From: Squalus acanthias
Taxonomy: Eukaryota
DNA length: 64,000 nucleotides
Assembly: GCA_030390025.1 (NCBI GenBank)
Contig: JASTWF010000033.1
Span: 6,574,001 to 6,638,000, forward strand
Reading direction: 5' to 3'
Below the pieces are notes generated by a model. That model was not told the origin of the DNA. It ran no database searches and worked only from the letters and a program-made list of their open reading frames with translations. A program made the translations under genes and the position numbers. Shown here one piece after another: positions 1 to 10,334 of the stretch. Numbering within the stretch: the first letter of the stretch is position 1; every line of letters starts with the position of its first letter.

Positions 1-1183
1 CCCTACTAGATTATGCCAGTGTTTATGCTCCACAGGAGCCTCCTCCCACCCCTCTTCTTTAACCCTATCAGCATAACCTTCTACTGCTTTCTACCTCGTG
101 TACTTGCCCAGCTTCCCCTTAAATGCATCTCTGCTATTCTTCTCAAATACTCCAAGTTGTAGGGAGTTCCACATTCTAACCAATCTCTGAGTAAAGACAT
201 TTCTCCTTAATTCCGTATTGGATTTAATAGTGACTATCTTTTATCGATAATCTCCAATTTTGCACTCGCGTCACAAGTATAAACATCTACCCTATGTTAC
301 TCCTTCACAATTTAAAGGCCTCTATTAGGACACCCCTCAGCCATCTCTTTTGTAAAGAAAGGAGACCCAGCCTGTTCAATCTTTCCTGATGTTTATAATT
401 TCTCAGTTCTAGTATCAACCTTGTAAAAAAATTCCACTTTCTTCTGAGCCTTAATATCCTTTATGAAATATGGAGATCAGCACTGCACACAGTACGCTCA
501 GTGTGGTATAACCTAGGTTCTATATAAGTTTAAGCTAACCTCTTTGCTTTACGATTCTATTCTTCTAGAAATGAAACCCAGTGCTTTATTTGAATGTTCA
601 TCGTCTTGTTAACATGCGTTGCTGCTTTAAATGATTTGTTAATCGGTACCCCTGTACCCCATTCCGAATCTGATTTTCCAAGGAGTATTTGGGAATCTTA
701 TTCTTCCTACAAAAATGCAATACCTGTCACTTAGCTTTATTGAAATTAATTTGACATTGAAACGCCCTTTCTAGAAGTTTATTAATGTCTTCAGGTATTG
801 TGTTGCATTATTCCTCAGTATTGACTGTATTCCCAATTTAGAATCGTCTGCAAATTTTGATTTTGTGCATCTGCTTCCCGAATCAATATCGTTTATGTAA
901 CTGTTGAAAAACAGTGGTCCCAACGCCGATCCTTGTGGAACATCACTTCTCACCATCCACCTATCTGAGTAAATAGCTTTATCCACTACTCCCTATTTTC
1001 TGTACTTGCAGCCATCTTGCTATCCATTCTGCTGCTTGTCTCCTAACTCCACTTGCTCTGTGATTCAGTCTGCTGTCTGGTACCTTATCCAATGGCTTTA
1101 AAAAAATCAAAGTACATTACATCTACTACATTACCCTTATCTAACCTTTCTGATATTTATTCAAAGTATTACTCAAGCAGGAC
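1..1183 (-). mobile_element. Old CR1-clade LINE fragment (ORF2 RT 3' half and 3'UTR); continues at 6185-6355
   Basis: ORF 771..986 gives [27 protein letters not shown]. The SQQVFQK/SCL motif is split between ~1175 and ~6185-6205. Confidence 0.85.
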
Positions 1184-1484
1184 ATTCTAAAGCGGGTGCA
1201 GGAACAGGGGGACATGGGTGTACAGGTACAAAAATCGTTGAAGTAGGCAGGACAGGTTGAGAAAGCGGTTAAAAAAGCTTACAGGAATCTGGGCTTTATA
1301 AATAGAGACATAGGGATAAAAATTTACTTGGTTGCGCCTCCCGTTAGCGCCTTAAGAGGGCGCTAATGGGGCGTTAAGCCGTTAACGCCCGGGCGCAGCG
1401 ATGTTTGCGCCGCTCGAGAACTTAGCTTGAGATTGTGCGGCGTCGCTAAAACTTACCGCTGCGACCACCTGCGCGCGCAGATTG

Positions 1485-1629
1485 TGACGTCATTCCATGG
1501 TGCAACGCCCTTGGGGCGCCCCGGAGCGGAAATTGAGTGGCGCCCCCTGCCTTACCGCCTGGCGCTTCCAACGACCGGAAGACTGGAACGCTATCAATCG
1601 GTGTGGGGCTGGGGGGGGCGCTATTTAAA
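1485..1629 (+). promoter_or_regulatory. Putative transposase promoter: CRE TGACGTCA (1485-1492) and TATA-like TATTTAAA (1622-1629)
   Basis: Both motifs are conserved in the derivative copy (13349-13356, 13486-13493). They lie in CpG-rich sequence upstream of ATG 1824. Confidence 0.5.
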
Positions 1630-1823
1630 GGGGGCCTCTTCCTGTCTTTTTCTGTGGTCAACATTTATGCACCACTCGTTCTGAGAGAGAGAGAGAGATT
1701 CGGAGAGAGAGAGAGAGAGACTTCTACATTGACTCAACGCTTTGTGAGGTAGTTTTGCCTATTCATCCTAACTTTGTTGCTCCTTTATTTGCTGTACCTC
1801 ATTACTTTTCTGGCAAAGAGAAT

Positions 1824-2984
1824 ATGGGGGCTGCAATGATTGGGCGCGTCGTCCTGCTCCAGCTGAATCGGAGGATACCAAGACGCAGACAGAGAGTGGC
1901 AATGATGGCCAGACAGAGGAGGGCCATCAGGCGCATGTACAGGAGAGCTTACCCTCCCAGGATATATCGTGAACAGCTCTCCTACATCCATATGTCCGAG
2001 GAGCTGTGTTTGCGAAGGCTGCGATTCAGCAAGGAGGTGGTCACTGAGCTCTGCCACCTGCTGCAGCCAGATCTGCAGCCTCAGCTGAGGTCCAGGACGT
2101 CTCTGTCGGTGGCAGTGAAGGTCACAGTGGCTTTGAACTTCTACGCCACTGGCTCATTCCAAGCTGCTGTTGGGGATCTCGCCAATATCTCCCAGTTTGC
2201 GGTGCATCGCTGCATCCGGCAGGTCACCAATGCCCTCTTCAGAAGGAGACGAGACTTCATCTCTTTCCCTATGACCCCAGACAAGCAGCGTGACCGTGCT
2301 CTGGGCTTTGCAAGGGTAGCGGGCTTCCCCATGGTGCAGGGCGCCATTGACTGCACGCATGTGGCTTTGCGTGCTCCGCGAGAGAATGCAGAGGAATTCA
2401 GGAACAGAAAGGGGTTCCATTCCTTGAATGTGCAGTTGGTCAGTGACCACAGACAGGTGATACTCGCTGTCAATGCCCACTATCCGGGCAGCTGCCACGA
2501 TGCTTTCATCCTGCGCCAGACTACTGTGGCAGAAGTTTTCGAGGCACCGCATCAGCCAGTTGGTTGGCTTCTGGGGGACAAGGGGTACGCATTGAACACC
2601 TGGCTGATGACACCGCTCCGTACGCCAAACACCCCTGCTGAGCTGCGGTACAATGAAAGCCATCAAGCAACCAGGAACATTATTGAGCGCACAATCGGCG
2701 TGCTGAAACAACGGTTCCGCTGTCTGGACCATTCCGGAGGAGCCCTGCAGTACTCGCCTGAGCAAGTTTCGAACTTCGTAGTCGTGTGCTGCATGTTGCA
2801 CAACATGGCAATCCTCAGGACCCAGCCAATGCCACCAGGCCTTGTAGCACCACCAGAGGAGGAGGAGGAAGAGGAGGAAGAGGACGAGGACGATGATCAT
2901 CAGCAGCACCAAGGCAGGAGGGCGGCCCACAATGGTCAAACTGCAAGGGCCGTCCGTCAACGACTAATAGCAAGCCACTTATAG
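1824..2984 (+). CDS. Harbinger (HARBI1-like, DDE_Tnp_4) transposase, 386 aa from ATG 1824
   Basis: Uninterrupted ORF with FYATGSFQ HTH region, GAIDCTHV, GSCHDAFIL, LLGDKGY, RNIIERTIGVLKQRFRCL, VCCMLHN and an acidic tail. The ORF-track start at 1755 is TTG. AATAAA at 3146-3151. Confidence 0.93.
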   Translation: MGAAMIGRVVLLQLNRRIPRRRQRVAMMARQRRAIRRMYRRAYPPRIYREQLSYIHMSEELCLRRLRFSKEVVTELCHLLQPDLQPQLRSRTSLSVAVKVTVALNFYATGSFQAAVGDLANISQFAVHRCIRQVTNALFRRRRDFISFPMTPDKQRDRALGFARVAGFPMVQGAIDCTHVALRAPRENAEEFRNRKGFHSLNVQLVSDHRQVILAVNAHYPGSCHDAFILRQTTVAEVFEAPHQPVGWLLGDKGYALNTWLMTPLRTPNTPAELRYNESHQATRNIIERTIGVLKQRFRCLDHSGGALQYSPEQVSNFVVVCCMLHNMAILRTQPMPPGLVAPPEEEEEEEEEDEDDDHQQHQGRRAAHNGQTARAVRQRLIASHL

Positions 2985-3278
2985 GGCCCCTGCCATTGCT
3001 ACAAACACTAATCAACCCAGCACGCAACCCCTAAGCCGGCCAAGGCACCAATAATTCCAACCACCAGCCATGTATATTTTGAATACAGAAACTTATTTAT
3101 TTTACAAACTCTGTGTGTGTCAATTCCTCATGACAAACTCATAGAAATAAACACAAAAAAACAGTCAATAACATAACTGGTTCTCACAACCTGGAGATAA
3201 TGTCCAAAACACTAAACAAAAGTTGGACCATGAACCTCGGCCTTTAATAAAAAAATGACCAGCATTTTGTCACACCTC

Positions 3279-5213
3279 CTACTTTTTGCCCTTCGAGGGT
3301 GATCTCCTTCCCTTGCGCACTTTCCCCCTTCTAACCCTACTGCTCCTCCGTAATGGGACCTCAGTGGCTGCAGCAAGGCTGGTGGAAGGCTGCTGCTTGT
3401 CAGACACTGACACTGCAGATGCCCCTGAAGGACGGCCTCGACCACTTCTGGGCCTGGAGGGTCCGGCTGCAGACTGCACCAACTCTGCATGGGCGGCAGC
3501 AGTCTGTCCTACAGGCGGTGGCAAGTGCAGTGGAGAAGTGACAGTGTTGGCAGCAGGAATGCTGTCATCGTGAGAGAGGCCAGCAACTCCCTGCTCGCCC
3601 GACACACTGGCACTCCCACGGGGCAGCACTTCAGCATCCGGAGCAATCTGCCGGAGAACAGATTGCTGGCCTGCTGCAGCGCGGTGACAGCCCCGGGGAC
3701 ATGTGCACGAACCATCGAGGTTGGCAGCAGTCTGTGCTCGCGTGGCCTCCATCTGAGTCTGTATGAGAGCAGTCAGAGATGGGATCACGGCAGCCAGTGA
3801 CTGAATTGCAGCACTAAGCGTTAGTGTGGCATCCGCCTGTGCTACAGCGAAGTGCTCCACACTCCTTGCCAGTGACTCAATGCAATCGGGCACCCTTCCC
3901 ACTGCACCCATGAGCTCAGTGTGCATGCCCACCGCCTGGGTGTTCATTTCTGCAATCAGCCGCTCCTCCTCTGCGTCCATTGCAGTAGGACTGTCTGGCA
4001 TACTCTCCCTCTCGGGAGAAGGCCCCCGTTCTTCCCTACCCCCCCCCCCCATGGCGTTGCTGCAGCCCGCTGGGTCCTGGAGCTTCACCATCATCAGCCC
4101 CTTCCCCCCTGCTCCCCTCCGGGGAAGGCGTGTTCCCAGTGTGGGCATGGGCTTCCTCGGGAGAGGGTGGCACTGATGCTCTGGCTTCCTCTTCCTCCTC
4201 AGCTGCAGCATCACTCCCAGTGGCAGCTTCAGGGCCCGTCTCCTCAGCTGGTGAATCACCGTCTGAAAGCATGGAGGTACAAGAGTTGCTTTAGCGTGAG
4301 GACAGGGTGGCAGTAAGGGAGGAATAAGTGCAGCGAGTTAGCAAGTTGGATTGAATGTGTCAAAGGCTGGTGTTGTGAGGGACAAGTGGAAGGACAGAGG
4401 ACAAAAAGGTGATGACCTTACCATTGCTGTCCAGAACGGGGTCGGCGTCTCCAGTGGCGACGGGACCGATCACCCGGCTTGCCACAATCCTGTGGACGCG
4501 CTCCTCCAGATCGCTGAGGGGTAGCAGCTGAGGCCGCCCTCCACCTGTCCGTTGCTGCTGTCTCCTATTATGAGCCAGCTTAGCCTGCAAGAAAAAGGAC
4601 AGCATCTGAGTAAATATTCAGCCATGGTCTTGCCTGATGTGCCTCCCATAAGTGAATAGCCCTTACAATATGCAGCCATGGTCTTGCCTGATGTGCCTCC
4701 CATAGGTGAATAGCCCTTACAATATACAGCCATGGTTTTGCCGGATGTGCCTCCCATAGGTGAATAGCCCTTACAATATACAGCCATGGTCTTGCCTGAT
4801 GTGCCGCTCATAGGTGAATATAGCTTACTGTATGCAAAGTGTGGAATGTGTGTGTGTGTTTGATGAAAGGGCCATAGGTGTTGGATGAGTGTTGTGCATT
4901 GGGTTTTTAAGACCCTCTGGCCATAGAGTGAGGTTGAGATGGAGGGATGGAGAGGTATTGAGAAAAAGCCACTCACCCTGACGACCCGAGTGAGGTCGTT
5001 GAACTTTTTGCGGCATTGAGTATGGGTCCTGGGCACCATGCTCCTGGAGGAGACGCTCTGAGCCACCTCCCTCCACACTCTTCTGAACTCGCGTGGCAAA
5101 GGCCTCCTGCCACTCTCCGGGAACAGCATACATCGTCTGCGCTCCACTGCGTCAACCAGAGCATCCAAGGCCCGCTCGGTGAAGCGATGAGCGCGTTCTC
5201 TCACCCTCTCCAT
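3279..5213 (-). CDS. Harbinger Myb/SANT-like DNA-binding partner; exons 5213-4977, 4584-4422, 4262-3279; about 460 aa after correcting a +1 frameshift in the G12 run at 4039-4050
   Basis: Exon 1 encodes RFTERALDALVDAV..VWREVAQSV..RTHTQCRKKFNDL (MADF/Myb-SANT-like). Canonical junctions AGG|GTGAGT, TTGCAG|GCT, ATG|GTAAGG and TTTCAG|ACG have compatible phases (0 and 1). Exon 2 has the KLAHNRR..TGGG motif. The C-terminus is basic. Confidence 0.85.
4619..4820. repeat. 54-bp tandem repeat (~3.7 copies) in intron 1 of the Myb-like gene
   Basis: GCCATGG recurs at 4621, 4675, 4729 and 4783. Confidence 0.95.
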
Positions 5214-6369
5214 TCTTGGCAGCAAAATGGATTACAGGTCTCTCCAGGCTGAGATTCAAGGCTGCAATGAGCAGGGTGTGGCTGGGGAGCAAGTGGTCCC
5301 CCGCTTTAAGAAGTGTCCGTCACCAGTGTGTCTGTGTTCCCTCGCTAACTGGCAGCAGCTGCGCTGCGCTCGTGCGCTGAGTTAGCACCTCACTCCTTGG
5401 CCTTTGCGCCTTAAGAGAGGTGTGCAGCGCCTGCTTTAGCGCTCCACTCACCTCCCGGGGCGGTAAAAGTGAAGTTTCCTGTCAGTGCCGATAATTAGCG
5501 CCAGGCGCTAATATTTGCTTCCGGACGATATTTGCGCCCCAAATGGGGCGCGACCTAATTTCTACCCCATAGAGTGCAAAAGCAAGGAAGTTATGAGGAA
5601 CATTTATAAAACATTGGTTCGGCCACAACTGGAGCATTGTGTCCAATTCTGGACAACGTACTTTAGGAAGGGCTTAAAGGCCTTAGAGAGAGTGCAGAAA
5701 ATATTTACAAGAATGGTTCCAGGGATGAGGGACTTTAGATACATAGATATACTAGAGAAGCTGGGGTTATTCCCCTTAGAGCAGAGAAGATTGAGAGGAG
5801 GTTTGGTAGAGGTGATCAAAATCGTGAGGAGTCTTGACAGAGTAGACAGAGTAGATAGAGAGAAACTCTTCCAATTGGCGGGACGGTCGAGAGACATAGG
5901 ACACGGGTTTTAGGTGATGTGCTGAAGATCCAAATATGACATGAGGAAAAACGTTTTAAGGCTGCGAGTGGTTATGTTCTGGAATGCACTGTCTGAAAAG
6001 GGTCGTGGAGGCAGATTCAATCGTGGCTTTCAAAAGGGAATGGGATAATTACCTGAAGGAAAAAAATTGCAGGGCTACGGAGAAAGGGCGGGGGATTGGG
6101 ATTAGCTGAAGTGCATGTGCAGAGAGTGAGCACGGGCTCTACTGACCGAATGGCCTCCTTCTGTGCTGTAACCATTCTATGATTTCCTTTTGGAATACCT
6201 GCTGACTACTCGTTATTATATTTTGTGTTTCAAGATGTTTTTCTGTTACATCTTTGAGCAAGGATTCCATTATCATTCCTACCATCGACGTTATGCTAAC
6301 TGGTCTGCAGATCCTTGGAATTGCTCTATCTTCCATTTTAAATACAGGAATAACATGTAAATGGTGAAC

Positions 6370-7270
6370 CTCAGTGGTCTTCCCTTCCCTTCCTCGATCC
6401 CGATCTGCATTTCAGCGGCTAGGCCGTCCACCAATATCTAGTGAAATCCCACCGACTACCGCAGGAATCTTGAGTAGACTTCCTCCCACTCGGCTTCCTG
6501 GAAGGGCTCTGTTCTATTCTCAAAGTTTCGCGCATTGGTTACATATCTTCTGAAGTTGCCTCCTTCCACACCACTGCTTCTGAAATGTATTCATATTTCC
6601 TCAGCCGAGTATTCACCGTGTCAATCCTGCGTTGCTGCCATCACCCCTTTCTCTCCCTGCTAGAACCCAGATAGGGGTCCCCTTGTCCTCAGCTTCCAAT
6701 GCACCAGCCTTCACATTCAACGGATCATCCTCTGCCATTTCTGTCATGTCCAGCTAAGCCAACCAACAAACATATCTTCCGCTGCCCTCCCGTCTCACCG
6801 GCCCTCACGACAACCTGGTCCACTTTTCCGTCACGCCTAAAATCTATTCCCTTTTCCCGGCACCTTCCTATGCAAGTGCAGGAGATGCAACAGCAGCCCT
6901 TTCCCCTCTTTCCATCCCACCAGCCAGAGCCCGAAACATTCCATCCACGTGAAAGACTAACTTGCTTGCACTTCTTTCAATTTGGTTTATCATATTCGCT
7001 GCCCACGATCCAGTCTCCTGTACATTGGGTGGACTAAATGCAGATTGAGTAATTGCTTTTGCCTCTGATCAGTCCGCAAGTGTGATCCTGAGCTTTAGCT
7101 CGCTTGCCACTTTAATTCTACATCCCACTCCAACTCTGAACTCCCTGTTCTCGGCCTCCTGCACTGTTCCTCTTTGAAACGCAATGAAGAACTGCACCGT
7201 ATTTTCGGATTAGGCATTTTATTGCCTACCAGACTCAAAACTTAGTTTAAAAACTTCAAATCATAAACTC
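6370..7270 (+). mobile_element. Degenerate Penelope-like element fragment (RT C-terminus / GIY-YIG)
   Basis: Colinear with 7860-8830; shares CCACATTCAACGGATCATCCTC and GCAGGAGATGCAAC-like segments. Confidence 0.75.
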
Positions 7271-7689
7271 TGCTCCCGTTTTCTCGAATGGCATGTGCTG
7301 GTCATGGAGGTTGGCTCCACCAGAGCCACTGGGAGTGGAGAAGTTGTAGGTTGGGGCTTGGGTTGGAGATCCCGGTACACGGCCAGCGGGCTGGTCCAAA
7401 CACCTGAGGTCTACCCAACTTTCGCTGCCACATGTGCCGTGCTACCAGCTAGGTCGGATGCACAAATCTGGAGGGTGATGGGCAGTCCGATCCGGCGATG
7501 TGTCCGGTCCCGGGGGCGCGCCCAGTCCCCAATCTTGGGGATGACCGACCCCGACTGCGCGGTTCTATCCATGGGGTTGTCGGGCGATGGGTAGAGCTTG
7601 GGGGGTGGGGCGGGTGAAAGCATTCCCGAGGACCAGGAAGACCGGCCAGCCATAGTTAAACCAGTAAAACAGCTTAAATCAGTGGTTTT

Positions 7690-9178
7690 CGTGAGATATG
7701 TGGAACATTCGCTGTTCCAGTTCCAGTCAGGTCCCCGCCATCACCTCTTTTTTCCGGTACATTGATGACTGTATTGTTGCCGTTTCCTACTCTCGCCTTG
7801 AACTAGAAAATTTCATTCACTTTGCTTCCATTTTTCACCCTTACCTCACCTTCACATGGTTAATCTCCGACTCTTCCCTTCCCTTCCTCGACTTATCCGT
7901 CTCCATCTCTGGGGATAGGCTATTCAAAAACATTCACTATGAGCTCACTAACTCCCACAGCTACCTTGACTACATTTCCTCCTAACCTGCCTCCTGTAAA
8001 CTCTAGTTCATTTTCCCAGTTTCTCCGTCTCCGCCGCATCTGCTCTGGTGATGCTACCTTCCATAATCGTGCTTCTGACATGTCTTCCTTTTTCCACAAC
8101 CGAGGATTCCCCTCAACTCTGATTCACACAGCCCTTGATCGTGTCTGTTCTATATCCCGCACTTCTGCTCTCACCCCTTCCCCTGCCTCCCAGAACCACG
8201 ATAGTGTTCTCCTACTCCACACCTTTCACCCCAGCAGCCTCCACATTCAACGGATCATCCTCCGCCATTTCCGCCACCTCCAGCGTGATCCCACCACCAA
8301 ACGCATCTTCCCCTCACCTCCCCTATCAGCATTCCAAAGGGACCGCTCCCCTCCGCAACACCCTGGTCCACTCCTCTATCACCCCCATCACCCCTTCCCC
8401 CTTGCCGGGCACCTTCCCGTGCAAGCGCAGGAGATGCAACACCTGCCATTTCACCTCCTCCCTTCCCACTGTCCTGGGCCCCAAATACTCCTTCCAGGTG
8501 AAACACCGATTTACTTGTAGTTCTTGAAGTTTAGTATATTGTATTCGCTGCTCACGATGCGGTCTCCTCTACATTGTGGAGACCAAACGCAGATTGGGTG
8601 ACCGCTTTGCGTAACATCTCTGTTCCATCCGTAAGGGACACTCGGAGCTTCCGGTCGCCTGTCATTTTAATTATCCACTTCACTCCCACTCTGACCTCTC
8701 CATCCTGGGCTTCTTACACTGTTCTAATGAAGCTCAACGTAAGCTCGAGGAACAGCACCTCATCTTTCGATTAGGCACTTTATAGCCTTTTGGAATCAAC
8801 ATCGAGTTCAACAATTTCAGATTATAACCCCTTACCCTATCTTTTTTTTCTCTCTCTCACATGGCAGATGTCGATCATTCTACCATTGTCATTTACACTT
8901 CATCTAGAGCCATCTTTTGGTTCTTAAGTTATCCCATTACCATCTCCTTTTGCCTTGCACCATCATCCCGTTTTTCTTTTAATCTCTCCTGCCTTCCATC
9001 TTATCACAGACAGTCCCTTTTGTTCTTTCCTCCCCTCCCCCCTTTCCCTGTCCCTACACTTGCTTATAAGTCTGCTTTATATCTAACTTTTTCCTGTTCT
9101 GACGAAGTGTCATGAGTGTTTCCAGCATTTTCTGTTTATATTTCAGATTTCCAGCATCCGCAGGGTTTTGCTTTTGTA
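7690..9178 (+). mobile_element. Penelope-like retroelement, 5'-truncated (RT YIDD, GIY-YIG endonuclease, terminal repeat)
   Basis: FFRYIDDC, LPFLDLSV, SQFLRLRRICS, CKRRRCNTC and VYCIRCSRCGLLYI..TKRRLGDRF motifs, with stops and frameshifts. Confidence 0.9.
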
Positions 9179-9287
9179 TCAGAATAGTGGAATAATCCGC
9201 TCCCCACCCGAGGGAGGTGATTCGTGTGAGAGCCCGGTAGCAGCCAAGCTTGCACCGCCTGGAGTTGTTCCATCTCCAGCTTTTTCC

Positions 9288-9320
9288 AGTTCTGACGAAG
9301 AGTCATCGAGCTGAAACGTT
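9288..9320 (+). ncRNA. Minimal type I hammerhead ribozyme motif in a Penelope terminal-repeat fragment, ending at the predicted cleavage site
   Basis: AGTT-CTGACGA-(imperfect stem II)-GAAA-CGTT. The 3' arm of stem I is absent in this copy. Confidence 0.6.
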
Positions 9321-9571
9321 GGGCTGGATTTTGATACTGGGGCGGGTTTGGGTCGTGTCATCCGCATTTCGTGTAATCCACCCGACTGCTATTGGATGTG
9401 GGAGATTGATGCAATTTACACCTAATTGGGCAATTGAATTCCAGCATGTGGGAACCGATGAAGCAATTAGTGGTTTCAGTCTGAAAGTCGCCTCTGATGC
9501 TGCTGCATTGAAGGTTTTCAGAGGCTGCCTGGCCTTTGCTGTGAATGGACCTGGATGCAAAATGAGCAGCA

Positions 9572-9608
<37 letters not shown>

Positions 9609-10063
9609 TTTGTATCCATGTCCTCTCACAGCAAAGGCAGTCTCTGAAGACATTCAATGCAGCAGCATCAGAGGCGACTTTCAGACCTAACACTACTACT
9701 ACCTTCATCACATCACATCTCCGTTGTAATAGTGGACCTGCAGCTGATAGTCAGCTATCCACTTGTACTCCCGCCAGTTTTCACTGGCGTGCTTCACATC
9801 AGGCGTGCTTCAAGTGGGAAAAGAGTTAAACTAGCTAAAACGTTTCAAAATGGCATTACAGAGCCAATTTAGGGCTTTATAAGGGCTTTAATGGCCTCTC
9901 CCGCCTCTTGGAGGCGGGACGGAGTCGGGAACGCCGCACACGATTTTATCAAAATTGCGTGGAGGCGGAATGGAGGCAGGATCAGGTCCGCCCGCCACTT
10001 TTATCAATTTTAACCCCCACATGGCTCCAAACACACCTCCACGGCCCTATGGAAATCCAGCCC
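9321..10063. mobile_element. Non-autonomous DNA element (MITE-like, possibly Harbinger-type) with an internal hairpin
   Basis: 11-bp perfect TIR: GGGCTGGATTT (9321-9331) and AAATCCAGCCC (10053-10063). No matching TSD (GTT vs CAT). Confidence 0.65.
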
Positions 10064-10064
10064 C

Positions 10065-10332
10065 ATAACCGCTCCACCATTGGCTTATGTGCTTTCAGCT
10101 GCCTGGGCCCGAAGCTCAGGAATCCCCTCCCTGAACCTCTCTGCTTCTCTAAATCTCCCTCCTCCTTTAAGATGCTGCCTAAAACTTACCTCTTTGACTA
10201 AGTTTTTGGTCTTCTTTCCAGATATCTCCTTATGTGGCTCAGAGTCAGGTTTTGTTCAATATCGCTCCCGTGAATCGCTTGGGTCATTTTACTATGTTAA
10301 AGGCGCTATATAAATACAAGTTGTTGTTGTTG
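10065..10332 (+). mobile_element. L2-clade LINE 3' end
   Basis: AFSCLGPKL.N.LP..L terminus followed by the AAAGGCGCTATATAAAT..(GTT)n tail. Confidence 0.7.
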
Positions 10333-10334
10333 TA

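Larger units (their letters stand above)
1313..5568 (+). mobile_element. Autonomous-type PIF/Harbinger DNA transposon, 4256 bp
   Basis: Left end GGGATAAAAATT matches the reverse complement of the right end GGGGTAGAAATT at 10/12. TSD ATA at 1310-1312 and 5569-5571. Contains convergent DDE transposase and Myb/SANT genes. Confidence 0.95.
1184..6184 (+). mobile_element. 5'-truncated CR1 LINE (1184-1312 + 5569-6184) split by the Harbinger insertion
   Basis: Removing 1313-5571 restores AATAGAGAC-ATA-GAGTGCAAAAGCAAGGAAG (NR-IE-KSKEVM..YKTLVRPQLEHCVQFW). The CR1 tail CCATTCTATGATT is at ~6172-6184. Confidence 0.9.

Noticed and set aside
2154..2960. 268-aa antisense ORF within the transposase
   Set aside because: Shadow ORF with a TTG start; its hydrophobic stretch is the reverse of the GAG-rich acidic tail, and it is not preserved in the decayed copy.
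1824..2984. Domesticated host gene HARBI1
   Set aside because: It sits between TIRs with a TSD, inside a LINE, and has decayed relatives nearby, so it is a transposon-encoded transposase.
3279..4259. 326-aa ORF as an independent gene
   Set aside because: It starts at GTG and its first ~70 codons are off-frame. It is the post-frameshift part of exon 3 of the Myb-like gene.
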